NCBI GenBank assembly: GCA_044222475.1
Contig: JBGANF010000009.1
Span: forward strand, 1-64,000
Length of the DNA: 64,000 bases
Origin: Polyangiaceae bacterium
GTDB lineage: Bacteria > Myxococcota_A > Polyangia > Polyangiales > Polyangiaceae
Direction of reading: 5' to 3'
Positions 41,675 through 50,709 of the stretch are shown piece after piece (position 1 is the first letter of the stretch; every line of letters begins with the position of its first letter). The translations under genes and the position numbers were made by a program. The notes below the pieces were generated by a model. It worked only from the letters and a program-made list of their open reading frames with translations. It did no database searches and had not been told where the DNA came from.

Positions 41675-43495
41675 TCAAATCGCGTGGCCCTTGAACTGGC
41701 TCGTGTAGAGCTCGTGGTACCTCCCCTTCCGCGCGACGAGCTCGTCGTGCGTCCCTCTCTCGACGACTCGCCCGCCGTCGATCACGAGCACCTGATCCGC
41801 GTCGCGGATCGTGCTCAGCCGATGGGCGATCACGAAGCTCGTGCGCCCAGCCATGAGGCGAAGGAGCGCCTTCTGGATCCTCGCCTCGGTGCGCGTGTCG
41901 ACGCTGCTCGTGGCTTCGTCGAGGATCAAGATCGCCGGCTGCGCGAGCAGCGTGCGCGCGATCGCGAGGAGTTGACGCTGCCCCTGGCTCAGGTTGCCGG
42001 CGCGCTCCGAGAGGACCGTCTCGTACCCCTTCGGTAGCTGGCGAATGAAGCCGTCTGCGTCGGCCATCTCCGCCGCGCGAATCACCTCTTCGTCCGTCGC
42101 GTCGAGCCGGCCGTAGCGGATGTTCTCCATCACCGTGTCGCCGAAGAGATAGGTGTCCTGGAGGACGAGCCCCAGCGACCGCCGGAGGTCCGCCTTCGCC
42201 ACGTCGCGAACGTCCACGCCGTCGATCGTGATGGCCCCCTCGTCGATCTCGTGGAACCGCGTGAGGAGGTTCGCGATCGTCGTCTTGCCGGCGCCCGTCG
42301 GGCCGACCAGGGCGATCGTCTGGCCGGGTTTGGCTTCGAACGAGACGTCATCGAGGACCTTCGTCCCAGGTTGGTACGAGAAGCCGACGCCGTCGAACCG
42401 TACGTCGCCGCGGGGAGCAAGCCCGGCGGCACCAGGTGCACGGTCGACCTCGGGCGGAGTGTCCAGGATCTCGAACACCCGCTCCGCTCCGGCGAGCGCG
42501 GCTTGCAGCGTGTTGTAGAGGTTCGCGATCTGGCGGAGCGGGTTCACGAAGCTCTGACCGTAGTTGATGAACGTGGCGATCACGCCCACGGTCACCAGCC
42601 CGGAGAGCGCGAGCCAACCGCCGAGCCCAGCGAGGACGATCACGAACAGGTTCCCGAGCACCGCCGTCAGCGGCATCAGGAGCAGGGCGTACGAGTTCGC
42701 TGCGACGCCGGCGCGGTACACCTTCTCGTTCTCTGCGCGGAACGCAGCGATCACGGACGCGTTGCGCCGGAAGACGTTCACCGTCTTCTGACCGGCGATC
42801 GCTTCCTCCATGACGCCGTTGAGCCGCCCGAGGTCTTTCTGAAGCTCGGTGAAGCCCCGGCGCGTGAACACCGCTACGAACCGCGTGAACGCGAGCATCA
42901 ACGGCACGACGAGGAGCGACGCGAGCGCGAGCCACGGGTGGAGGACGAACATCGCGACGACGATGCCGGCCATGGTGAGGACGCTCGCGAGGAGCGTCGT
43001 CACGTTCTGGGCGACCGCGTCGTTGACCGCGTCGATGTCGTTGGTGAGCCGGCTCATGAGCTCGCCCGACGGGTTCTTCTCGAAGAAATCCATCGGGAGG
43101 CGCTGGATGTGCCCGAAGAGATCGCGCCGCAGCCGGTTCAACGCACGCTGCGAGACGGCGGCCATGATGAAGCTCGCCAGCCCTTGCAGGAGGTTGTTCC
43201 CGAGGAACGCGGCGAGCATCAGCAGCGCGGTCCGCGCGAGCCCGGTCGGGTCCCCCTCGGCGATGAAGCGATCGAGCGCGCGCCCCATCAGGTACGGCCC
43301 CACGAGGCCGAGGAGGGTGTACGCCACGATGCAGACCGCGACGAACGCGAGGCGCGCGCGAAACTCGCCGAAGTAGCTCGCGAGCCGGTTCAGCGTGCTC
43401 CGCGGGTCCTTCGCTCGTGCGACGTTCCCGAAGCCGCGACCGGGCTGCATCGTCCCGCGCAGGCCGGGACCTCCGGTGGGGAGCGGCGGCATCAT
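41675..43495 (-). CDS. ABC exporter (TMD + NBD), heterodimer subunit
   Basis: GPTGAGKT, LSQGQRQ, LILDEATSSVD, IAHRLST. Confidence 0.95.
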   Translation of the reverse strand: MMPPLPTGGPGLRGTMQPGRGFGNVARAKDPRSTLNRLASYFGEFRARLAFVAVCIVAYTLLGLVGPYLMGRALDRFIAEGDPTGLARTALLMLAAFLGNNLLQGLASFIMAAVSQRALNRLRRDLFGHIQRLPMDFFEKNPSGELMSRLTNDIDAVNDAVAQNVTTLLASVLTMAGIVVAMFVLHPWLALASLLVVPLMLAFTRFVAVFTRRGFTELQKDLGRLNGVMEEAIAGQKTVNVFRRNASVIAAFRAENEKVYRAGVAANSYALLLMPLTAVLGNLFVIVLAGLGGWLALSGLVTVGVIATFINYGQSFVNPLRQIANLYNTLQAALAGAERVFEILDTPPEVDRAPGAAGLAPRGDVRFDGVGFSYQPGTKVLDDVSFEAKPGQTIALVGPTGAGKTTIANLLTRFHEIDEGAITIDGVDVRDVAKADLRRSLGLVLQDTYLFGDTVMENIRYGRLDATDEEVIRAAEMADADGFIRQLPKGYETVLSERAGNLSQGQRQLLAIARTLLAQPAILILDEATSSVDTRTEARIQKALLRLMAGRTSFVIAHRLSTIRDADQVLVIDGGRVVERGTHDELVARKGRYHELYTSQFKGHAI

Positions 43496-45243
43496 GGCGC
43501 GTCCTCGGCGACGCCGCCTCCGAGCTGGGAGTCGTAGATCTCGCGGTACACCGTGGAGCTCTTCATGAGCTCGGCGTGGGTTCCGGTCGCGACGACGCGC
43601 CCGCGGTCGAGGACCAGGATCGCATCTGCGTCGAGGACCGTGCTGATCCGCTGCGCGACCACGAACGTCGTGCGACCTCGACTGGTCTCGGCGAGCGCGG
43701 ACTGGATGCGCGTCTCGGTCTCGACGTCGACGGCGCTCGTGCTGTCGTCGAGGATCAGGATCGTCGGGTCGACGAGGAGCGCGCGCGCGATGGCGATTCG
43801 CTGCTTCTGCCCGCCGGAGAAGTTGGAGCCGCGTTGCTCGACCCGGCTCTGGTAGCCGTCGGGCAGCTTGGAGATGAACTCGTGCGCTTCGGCGGCACGC
43901 GCAGCTCGCACGACGTCGTCGTCGCTCGCGTCCGGCCGCCCGTAGCGAATGTTGTCGGCCACCGTCCCCGAGAACAGAACCGTCTCTTGGGGGACGAAGC
44001 CGATCCGCGCCACGAGCGAGTCCTGCGTGAACCCGCGCACGTCGCCGCCGAACACCCGCACCGCGCCGGCGGTCGCGTCGTAGAAGCGTGGGATCAAGCT
44101 CACGAGCGTCGACTTTCCCGCCCCGGTCGAGCCGAGGATCGCGAGGGTCTTGCCGGGCGCCGCGTGGAGATCGATCGCGCGCAAGACGGCGGCGCTCCCC
44201 TCGCCTCCGTAGCGGAAGTCGACGGCGGCGAATTCGACCTCCGCGCTCGCGTCGGCGGGGACGGTCCCAGCGTCGGGCGCGTCGACCACGTCGGGCGTGC
44301 CATCGAGGATCTCGCCCGCGCGCTCGAGCGAGGCCAGGCCCGCGGCCCAGGTGTTCGACAACATCGTCATCATCACGAGCGGCGTCATCGTCGTCATGAG
44401 GTAGTTGATGAACGCGACGATCTGCCCGAGCGACAGCTCGCCGCGGATCGACTGCATGCCGCCGAACCAGATGACGACGACGACTCCGGCGTTGATGCAC
44501 ATCGTGAGCGCGGGCGTCATCGACGACATCACCTGCATGACCCGCACCGATCGACGAGTCATCGCGTCGTTCGCGCGGGCGAAGCGCTCGGCCTCGTAGT
44601 CGGCGCGGACGAACGCCTTCACCACCCGCGCACCCGACACGTTCTCCTGCAGCACGCCGTTGAGGACGTCGAGCTTGCCCTGCACCTCGCGGAAGAGCGG
44701 CTCCATGCGCAGCACGTAGAACGCGATCAGCCCCGCGGTGAGGAGGAGGAGCGGCAACAGGGTCAGCGCCAGGTGGTGGTTCGTCGTCACGAGGAGGACG
44801 AGGCTCCCGAGCATCATCAGCGGAGCGCGCGTGCCGATCCGAAGCGACACCTGGGTCAACGCCTTGACCATGTTGACGTCGCTCGTCAGTCGGACGAGCA
44901 GCTGTCCGGTCTTCTGGCGATCGAGGTTGCCGAACGACCAGCTCTGGATCCGGATGAACAGCGCCTCTCGCAGGTCTCGCGCCACGCCTTCCCCGACGCG
45001 GACGGAGAAGTGGTTGTTCGCGATCGCGAAGACGGTGCTCAAGACGGAGATGCCGAGCATCACCAGCGCGGTCTCGACGACGACCGAGCGGTCGTGGCGC
45101 GCGATGCCCTGGTCGATGATCCGCTGGATGAGCCTCGGGATCGCGAGGTCCATCGCGACGATGATCGTCAGCATCGTCAGCGCCCCCGCCGCGAGCGTGG
45201 CGTACGGCCGCATGAAACCGACGAGCCGGCGAAGGTTCCGCAT
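43492..45243 (-). CDS. ABC exporter (TMD + NBD), degenerate-site subunit
   Basis: GSTGAGKS, FSGGQKQR, ILDDSTSAVD, VAQRIST (typical heterodimer partner). Confidence 0.95.
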   Translation of the reverse strand: MRNLRRLVGFMRPYATLAAGALTMLTIIVAMDLAIPRLIQRIIDQGIARHDRSVVVETALVMLGISVLSTVFAIANNHFSVRVGEGVARDLREALFIRIQSWSFGNLDRQKTGQLLVRLTSDVNMVKALTQVSLRIGTRAPLMMLGSLVLLVTTNHHLALTLLPLLLLTAGLIAFYVLRMEPLFREVQGKLDVLNGVLQENVSGARVVKAFVRADYEAERFARANDAMTRRSVRVMQVMSSMTPALTMCINAGVVVVIWFGGMQSIRGELSLGQIVAFINYLMTTMTPLVMMTMLSNTWAAGLASLERAGEILDGTPDVVDAPDAGTVPADASAEVEFAAVDFRYGGEGSAAVLRAIDLHAAPGKTLAILGSTGAGKSTLVSLIPRFYDATAGAVRVFGGDVRGFTQDSLVARIGFVPQETVLFSGTVADNIRYGRPDASDDDVVRAARAAEAHEFISKLPDGYQSRVEQRGSNFSGGQKQRIAIARALLVDPTILILDDSTSAVDVETETRIQSALAETSRGRTTFVVAQRISTVLDADAILVLDRGRVVATGTHAELMKSSTVYREIYDSQLGGGVAEDAP

Positions 45244-45370
45244 GCGCCCCGCGGTTATAGGCCGCTGCGATCGGTGCGTCCAAGGCCGCCCGAAGCCAAG
45301 GACACTCATACCGACTCGTATCTCGCGATGTTCCCTCAGTTTATGCACTATTTTTGTCGCTTTGGTGCAT

Positions 45371-45392
45371 TGACATACGGATTCGTATGTCA
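45371..45392. promoter_or_regulatory. Probable TetR operator overlapping a -35 box
   Basis: TGACATACG-GATT-CGTATGTCA inverted repeat overlapping TTGACA (45370-45375); second imperfect copy at 45307-45322. Confidence 0.7.
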
Positions 45393-45424
45393 TACTACAT
45401 CGACTCCTCACCACGGAGCCCACC

Positions 45425-46918
45425 ATGATTCGTCGCTCGCTCGGACTCGTCGCCACCCTCCTCGTCGCCACCACCGCCGCCCTCGGAGGGGGCTCGGTCG
45501 CGTGCTCCGCCCCGGCGGCGGACGACGACGAGGCCGTCTACGACACCGAGGCGGCGCTGTTCGACTCGACCGCGATCCTCAGCCCTCCGGTCGAACACTT
45601 CAAGTACGGCTCCATCGGCGCGGACAAGCTCGGTATCCCGTCGGCGGTGCTCCGCGCGATCCCAATCGTCTGCGCCGACCGTCTGCCGAAGGGCACCGAC
45701 CCGCGCAAGGAGCCGTTCTCCGCCTTCGGGCTCATCTACGAGCCGGGTCACCAGCTGCCAATTGGGTTCTCGACGCGCCGCCTCGCGATCCTGCCGAGCG
45801 TCGAGCTCACCGGAAACAACTGCGCGGTCTGCCACACGAGCACCGTGCGCGACACGCCGACCTCCGCCCGCAAGGTCTACTTCGGCGCCCCTGCGACCCG
45901 CTTCGACCTCGAGGGCTACCAGTCGTTCCTGATGGACTGCATCGGCGACTCGTCGCGGTTCAACTCCACGACGCTCGTGCGCGCTTTCGACGAGCTCGGC
46001 GTCACCGGCCTCGAGCGCGTCCTCGCGTACAAGAGCGGCTTCCTGCGAGCGTTCCTCCAAGACACGAAGACCAAGGTCGGCAGCGTCGTCCGCGACGGCG
46101 CGTGGGGCCCCGGCCGCGACGACGCGATCGGGCTCTCGGGCGCGATCCTCCTCGGGCCGCAGTTCGTCCCGACGAAGCCGGCGCCGGTGGACTTCCCGGC
46201 GGTGTGGAACCAACAGGCGCGCAAAGGTCACGCGCTCCACTGGGACGGCGCGGCCGGGAGTGCGCTCGAGCGGAACGTGCTCGTCGCGGTCGGCGCGGGG
46301 ACGCCGAAGAACGGCGTCCCGCTCGACAGCCTCGCCGCGGTCCAAGGCTTCCTCGACAAGCTGCCGGCACCCAAGTACCCGTACGCGATCGACAACGGCC
46401 TCGCGACCAAAGGCCAGGCCATCTTCGAGGCGCGCTGCAACGACTGCCACGGCGCGAAGGGATCGCGCACGCTCCAGGTCACCCCGATCCTCGAGATCGG
46501 CACCGACCCGAACCGCCTCGACGCCGTGTCCCAAGCTGGGATCGACAAGATGAACTCGATGTGGGGCGCGGGCTGGTCGTTCAGCCAGTTCAAGAAGACG
46601 AACGGCTATCTGAACGGCCCGCTCGACGGCATCTGGCTGCGCGCGCCGTACCTCCACAACGGCTCGGTGCCCACGCTTCGCGACCTGCTGAAGCCGCCGG
46701 CCCAACGCCCGAAGACGTTCTTCCGAGGCAACGACGTGTACGACGCGAAGAACGTCGGCTTCGTGTCGACCGTCGCGAGCGAAGGAAAGACCACGTACAT
46801 GCTCTTCGACACGACCCGCCAGGGGAACGGCAACGGCGGGCACTTCGGCCCGGCCTACGGGACGAACCTCTCCGAGGCCGACGTCGATGCGCTCCTCGAG
46901 TACCTGAAGACGCTCTGA
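45425..46918 (+). CDS. Secreted dihaem c-type cytochrome (RoxA-like)
   Basis: Two CxxCH motifs (CAVCH, CNDCH); IGTDPNR; LDGIWLRAPYLHNGSVPTL; GNGNGGH; LLEYLKTL; lipoprotein-like signal. Confidence 0.85.
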   Translation: MIRRSLGLVATLLVATTAALGGGSVACSAPAADDDEAVYDTEAALFDSTAILSPPVEHFKYGSIGADKLGIPSAVLRAIPIVCADRLPKGTDPRKEPFSAFGLIYEPGHQLPIGFSTRRLAILPSVELTGNNCAVCHTSTVRDTPTSARKVYFGAPATRFDLEGYQSFLMDCIGDSSRFNSTTLVRAFDELGVTGLERVLAYKSGFLRAFLQDTKTKVGSVVRDGAWGPGRDDAIGLSGAILLGPQFVPTKPAPVDFPAVWNQQARKGHALHWDGAAGSALERNVLVAVGAGTPKNGVPLDSLAAVQGFLDKLPAPKYPYAIDNGLATKGQAIFEARCNDCHGAKGSRTLQVTPILEIGTDPNRLDAVSQAGIDKMNSMWGAGWSFSQFKKTNGYLNGPLDGIWLRAPYLHNGSVPTLRDLLKPPAQRPKTFFRGNDVYDAKNVGFVSTVASEGKTTYMLFDTTRQGNGNGGHFGPAYGTNLSEADVDALLEYLKTL

Positions 46919-46934
46919 GCGCCGCCGAGGACGC

Positions 46935-47591
46935 GTGTATAGTCTCGCTACCTTGCCCAAGAAGCCCGCGAAGAAGGCTCCGCGCCGCAGCGCCCGCGAG
47001 CGGCGACCGCGCACCCCGGACGAGACGCGTGACGCCCTGATCGCCTCGGGGATCACCCTGTTCGCCAAGCGCGGCCTCGACGGACCGAGCCTCGACGACA
47101 TCTGCGCTCACGCGGGGCTGACCCGCGGTGCCTTCTACGTGCACTTCAAGGACCGCGACGACTTCCTCGTGGCGGTGATGGACCGCTTCGGGCAGCCCCT
47201 GCTCGACGAGCTGCTCTCGGTGGGTCAGGGCGGCTTCGCCGAGGCGGTACAGCGGTTCGTCGCCGCGAGCGCGTCCGGGCGCTACCCGCTGATGCCGGAG
47301 GGCGGCATCCGCCCGTACCAGCTGCTCGACGCGTGCGCGCGCTCGCAGGTGCTGCGCGAGCGCTACCTCGGCCTCGTGAAGATCAGCACGTCGCGCGTCG
47401 CCGAGCTCGTCGCCGAAGGCCAGAAGAGCGGGATGCTGCGGCCCGATCTCGACCCGGCGAACGCGGCCCAGCTCACGATCGCGCTCGTCGTCGGCCTGCA
47501 GACGCTCGCCGATCTCGGCATGCCGCTGTCGCTCGAAGCGCTCGCTCCCGACGTGATCAAGCTCCTCCTCCCGCCGGTGCCGCCGTCGTGA
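46935..47591 (+). CDS. TetR family regulator
   Basis: SLDDICAHAGLTRGAFYVHFKDR. Confidence 0.9.
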   Translation: MYSLATLPKKPAKKAPRRSARERRPRTPDETRDALIASGITLFAKRGLDGPSLDDICAHAGLTRGAFYVHFKDRDDFLVAVMDRFGQPLLDELLSVGQGGFAEAVQRFVAASASGRYPLMPEGGIRPYQLLDACARSQVLRERYLGLVKISTSRVAELVAEGQKSGMLRPDLDPANAAQLTIALVVGLQTLADLGMPLSLEALAPDVIKLLLPPVPPS

Positions 47592-48382
47592 TCACGGGAA
47601 CCGCCATCGTCACCGGCGCCGGCTCGGGCATCGGGCGCGCGCTCGCGCACGGCTTGGCCGATCGCGGCGTCCGCGTGTTCTGCACCGACGTCGACGGCGC
47701 CAGCGCCGAGGAGACTGCGCGCTCGTGCGGCGGCGATTTCTCCGCGCTCGACGTGACGAACGCGTCCGCCTTCGGCGAGCTGGTGGCTCGCGTCGACCGC
47801 GATCACGGGCTCGCCTACCTCTTCAACAACGCCGGCATCGCGGTCGGCGGCGAGGCGCAGTCGCTCGGACCCGAGGACTGGCAGCGCGTCCTCGACGTGA
47901 ACCTCCGCGGCACGATCCACGGCGTCACCGCGGCCTACCCGCGGATGCTCGCGCGCGGCCGCGGGCACATCCTCAACGTCGCATCGATCGCCGGGCTCGT
48001 CCCCTACCCGCTCTCGGTTCCGTACACGACGTCGAAGCACGCCGTCGTGGGCCTGAGCTTGGCGCTCCGAGCCGAGGGCGCCGCCCGCGGCGTGCGCGTG
48101 AGCGTCGCGTGCCCGGGCACGATCGACACTGCGATCTGGCACCGGTCCGAGGTGCGCGGCTTCGATCGCCAGCGCGTCATCGAGTGGCTAGGCAAGCCGA
48201 CGACCGCCAAGGCGTGCGCGAACGCGATCCTGCGCGGCGTGGAGAAGAACCGCGGGGTGATCGTCGTCGGGAACGACGCGCGGCTGGCGTGGCTCGTGCA
48301 GCGCGCATCGCCTCGACTGGGGACGTGGCTCCACACCCGGCTCGTCGGCCTCGCGCGCGAGCGGTTCGTCGCGCGGCCTTGA
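47588..48382 (+). CDS. Short-chain dehydrogenase/reductase
   Basis: TGAGSGIG, NNAG, YTTSK (YxxxK), CPG; GTG start. Confidence 0.93.
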   Translation: MITGTAIVTGAGSGIGRALAHGLADRGVRVFCTDVDGASAEETARSCGGDFSALDVTNASAFGELVARVDRDHGLAYLFNNAGIAVGGEAQSLGPEDWQRVLDVNLRGTIHGVTAAYPRMLARGRGHILNVASIAGLVPYPLSVPYTTSKHAVVGLSLALRAEGAARGVRVSVACPGTIDTAIWHRSEVRGFDRQRVIEWLGKPTTAKACANAILRGVEKNRGVIVVGNDARLAWLVQRASPRLGTWLHTRLVGLARERFVARP

Positions 48383-48385
48383 GGG

Positions 48386-49354
48386 TCAGCCTCTCGCATC
48401 GCCTACGACGGCGCGCACGTGATCGCGCACCGAAGCAAGGTGCTCGAGCCCCTCCGGCAGCACGAGGTCGTGCGTCGGGACGGTGTCGACGATGCGCGCA
48501 CACAGATCCATCTGCCGGAGCACCAGCGCCGAAGGCGCCGCCACGAGCCGAAACGCGTGCCGAAAGAGCCGGATCGCGAGGCCGGCGCCGCCGCGCTCCG
48601 CGCGCGGGACCCGGTCGCGTTCGCGCCGCAGGAGGAACACGCCGGCGAGCGGCAACGCGCCGACGGGGCCCCCTCGGAGCGCGCGCGGCGTGAACCGGCG
48701 CTTGGTTCCACTCGGTGCGCTCACGTAGTCGTCGGCCCAGCCGAGCGCCTTCCGTCGCGCGAGCCAAGCGAGCGCCGGGCGGCAGAGGCGCACTCCTGGG
48801 TATCCGGCGCGCGCCACGAAAGTGCCGCGCCTCATCGAGACGATCGTGCAGTCGTCCGAGACGCTCGTCCCGCCGTCGGCGAGGAACGAAGCGGCCAGCG
48901 TGGACTTTCCGGTCCCGCTCGGTGCGCAGAAGAGGACGACGCGACCGTCGAGCGTCACGCTCGACGCATGGAAGCTGTCCGCACCTCGGAGACTCAGCGC
49001 GATCGGGACGACATGATCGAGGAGCGCGTGTCGCGTCGCGCTCGAAGCGCGACCCAATGCATCCACCGTCGCGCCATCTTCGGCGACGACATAGTCGCAC
49101 ACGCCGTGGATTCGAACGAGGAAGTCCTTACCCGTGCGACCGCACGACAACCACAACCGGCCGCCGATGCGATGGCGCTCGGCCCACTCGATCGGCCCCT
49201 TCGGAGCAACGGCGCCGAACGTCACACGAAGGACCGGGCGGCGAGCGGCTCGACGAACCAGTGGAGCGAGCTCCGGGAGCGGCTCACTCGACCGCAACAT
49301 CGTGTCGAACGCGTCGTACGTCCACAACTTGGGCTGGTCAAATCGTGTAGCCAC
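48386..49354 (-). CDS. HPr kinase-like lasso peptide kinase
   Basis: FHASSV, Walker A APSGTGKST, SDD; downstream of the lasso precursor. Confidence 0.78.
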   Translation of the reverse strand: MATRFDQPKLWTYDAFDTMLRSSEPLPELAPLVRRAARRPVLRVTFGAVAPKGPIEWAERHRIGGRLWLSCGRTGKDFLVRIHGVCDYVVAEDGATVDALGRASSATRHALLDHVVPIALSLRGADSFHASSVTLDGRVVLFCAPSGTGKSTLAASFLADGGTSVSDDCTIVSMRRGTFVARAGYPGVRLCRPALAWLARRKALGWADDYVSAPSGTKRRFTPRALRGGPVGALPLAGVFLLRRERDRVPRAERGGAGLAIRLFRHAFRLVAAPSALVLRQMDLCARIVDTVPTHDLVLPEGLEHLASVRDHVRAVVGDARG

Positions 49355-50459
49355 TCACGACCTCGGCGACGAACACCGCGGCTTCCGCGTGCGATCGGAA
49401 GAGGTCGGGATGACTCTCGTGAACTCGTGCTTCGATGGCGGCGAGCGGAGTCCGACCGTCGCAGAGATCGAGAACGGTGCGCCTTGCACGACCTCGAGCC
49501 GTCAGGACGGGAACGAAGCTCGGGTTCGTCCGGCGCAGGTCGGCCTCCGAGAGGAGCATGCCGCCGTACGTCGAGTGGCGGAACCGTCGGTCGCCCGCGC
49601 TGACGGTCCACGACAGCATCGCGTCCGACATGTGAAAGAGCACCTCCGCGTCGAGGGTGTCCCCGGCGCGCACCGGCGTCGGAGCCTCCAGCGGAAGAAA
49701 GGCGCAGTTGCGGTCGATCCGCGAGGACGAGCACGGCGAGTTCGTGAGCTCGACCGACGGCGAGAGCTCGGCGACGAACCACGCCGCGAGCCCGTGGATC
49801 ACCCCATCCCGAGTGGCCGTCAACTTCGCGCTCGCGGGCACGACGTCGGGCGGCTCGACTCCGGTGTCCAGGCGGGCGAGCGGAGCGGGCGCGGAGACGA
49901 GCTGATCGGCGGTGGGGCGGAGCGGATAGCCGGTGTTGCGCGCCAGGCTGGCGACCGCGCGCACGTCCAGGCCGCCACGCGGCTCGTCCCAAAACGACAC
50001 CCTCGCCCAGGACTCTGGCGCCTCCACCGCCGCCAACTCGAAACGGATCGCACGCGGCACCATCGTTGCGCCGGGTCGCGCGAGGCGGCGCGCGGCATCT
50101 GCGAAATACGAGAAGACGCCAGCCTCGAAGCCGGCACGGCCAATTTGATCCGCGACGACGACGTCGACTCGACGCGGCAGCTCCACTGCGGTGGAAAACG
50201 ACTGGAGGTACGTCACGGCTCCGGCCGCGCCGTTCGCGCACCCGATGTCGCGCGCGACGCCGAGAATGCTCCCCTCGTCGACCGCGTACACGTGACCCGC
50301 ACCAGCCCGTAGGGCGAGGAGTCCGAGCAGCCCCGTCCCACAACCGAGGTCCAGAACGGTGTCACCAGGGCGGACGACCTCGATCAGCGCACGCTCGAAC
50401 GCGCCGATGCGCGCGGGGTCGCCGAGGTAGGTCCGGTGTTCGTCGAGGACGAGCGACAT
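49338..50459 (-). CDS. PRMT-like SAM-dependent methyltransferase with C-terminal PqqD/RRE-like segment
   Basis: EHRTYLGDPARIGAF, VLDLGCGTGLL, VYAVD, IHGLAAWF; C-terminal VLDLCDGRTPLAAI... Confidence 0.78.
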   Translation of the reverse strand: MSLVLDEHRTYLGDPARIGAFERALIEVVRPGDTVLDLGCGTGLLGLLALRAGAGHVYAVDEGSILGVARDIGCANGAAGAVTYLQSFSTAVELPRRVDVVVADQIGRAGFEAGVFSYFADAARRLARPGATMVPRAIRFELAAVEAPESWARVSFWDEPRGGLDVRAVASLARNTGYPLRPTADQLVSAPAPLARLDTGVEPPDVVPASAKLTATRDGVIHGLAAWFVAELSPSVELTNSPCSSSRIDRNCAFLPLEAPTPVRAGDTLDAEVLFHMSDAMLSWTVSAGDRRFRHSTYGGMLLSEADLRRTNPSFVPVLTARGRARRTVLDLCDGRTPLAAIEARVHESHPDLFRSHAEAAVFVAEVVSGYTI

Positions 50460-50475
50460 CGAGATGCCTCCTCGT

Positions 50476-50655
50476 TCAGAGACACATCATCGACATCCCT
50501 GGGGGCCCGCCGTCGTTGCCGGAACCGGCTCCGCCCAACGTCAGCTTGCGCAGATCTCCGTAGTGCACCAGCCGCGGCTTTTCGTAGGGACGCTTCGAAG
50601 CGTGCGGCGTCGCAGGGTCGGTCGAAGGCGGCGGCGGATTCGTCGGCGCGGACAT
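50476..50655 (-). CDS. Lasso peptide precursor (59 aa; predicted core GGAGSGNDGGPPGMSMMCL, 50479-50535)
   Basis: Leader YEKPRL (YxxPxL), GDL motif, Thr at -2 (LTL|G), Gly1 and Asp8; adjacent to cyclase and RRE. Confidence 0.88.
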   Translation of the reverse strand: MSAPTNPPPPSTDPATPHASKRPYEKPRLVHYGDLRKLTLGGAGSGNDGGPPGMSMMCL

Positions 50656-50709
50656 CCAACCAGGGTCGCACGGATCTCGCCTCGCGAAAATGTAGAATGG
50701 ATCTCCTCG

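Noticed and set aside
50464..50709. N-terminal extension of the cyclase in the ORF track
   Set aside because: It is the antisense of the lasso precursor and reads as Arg-rich nonsense; the ATG at 50710 is the likelier start
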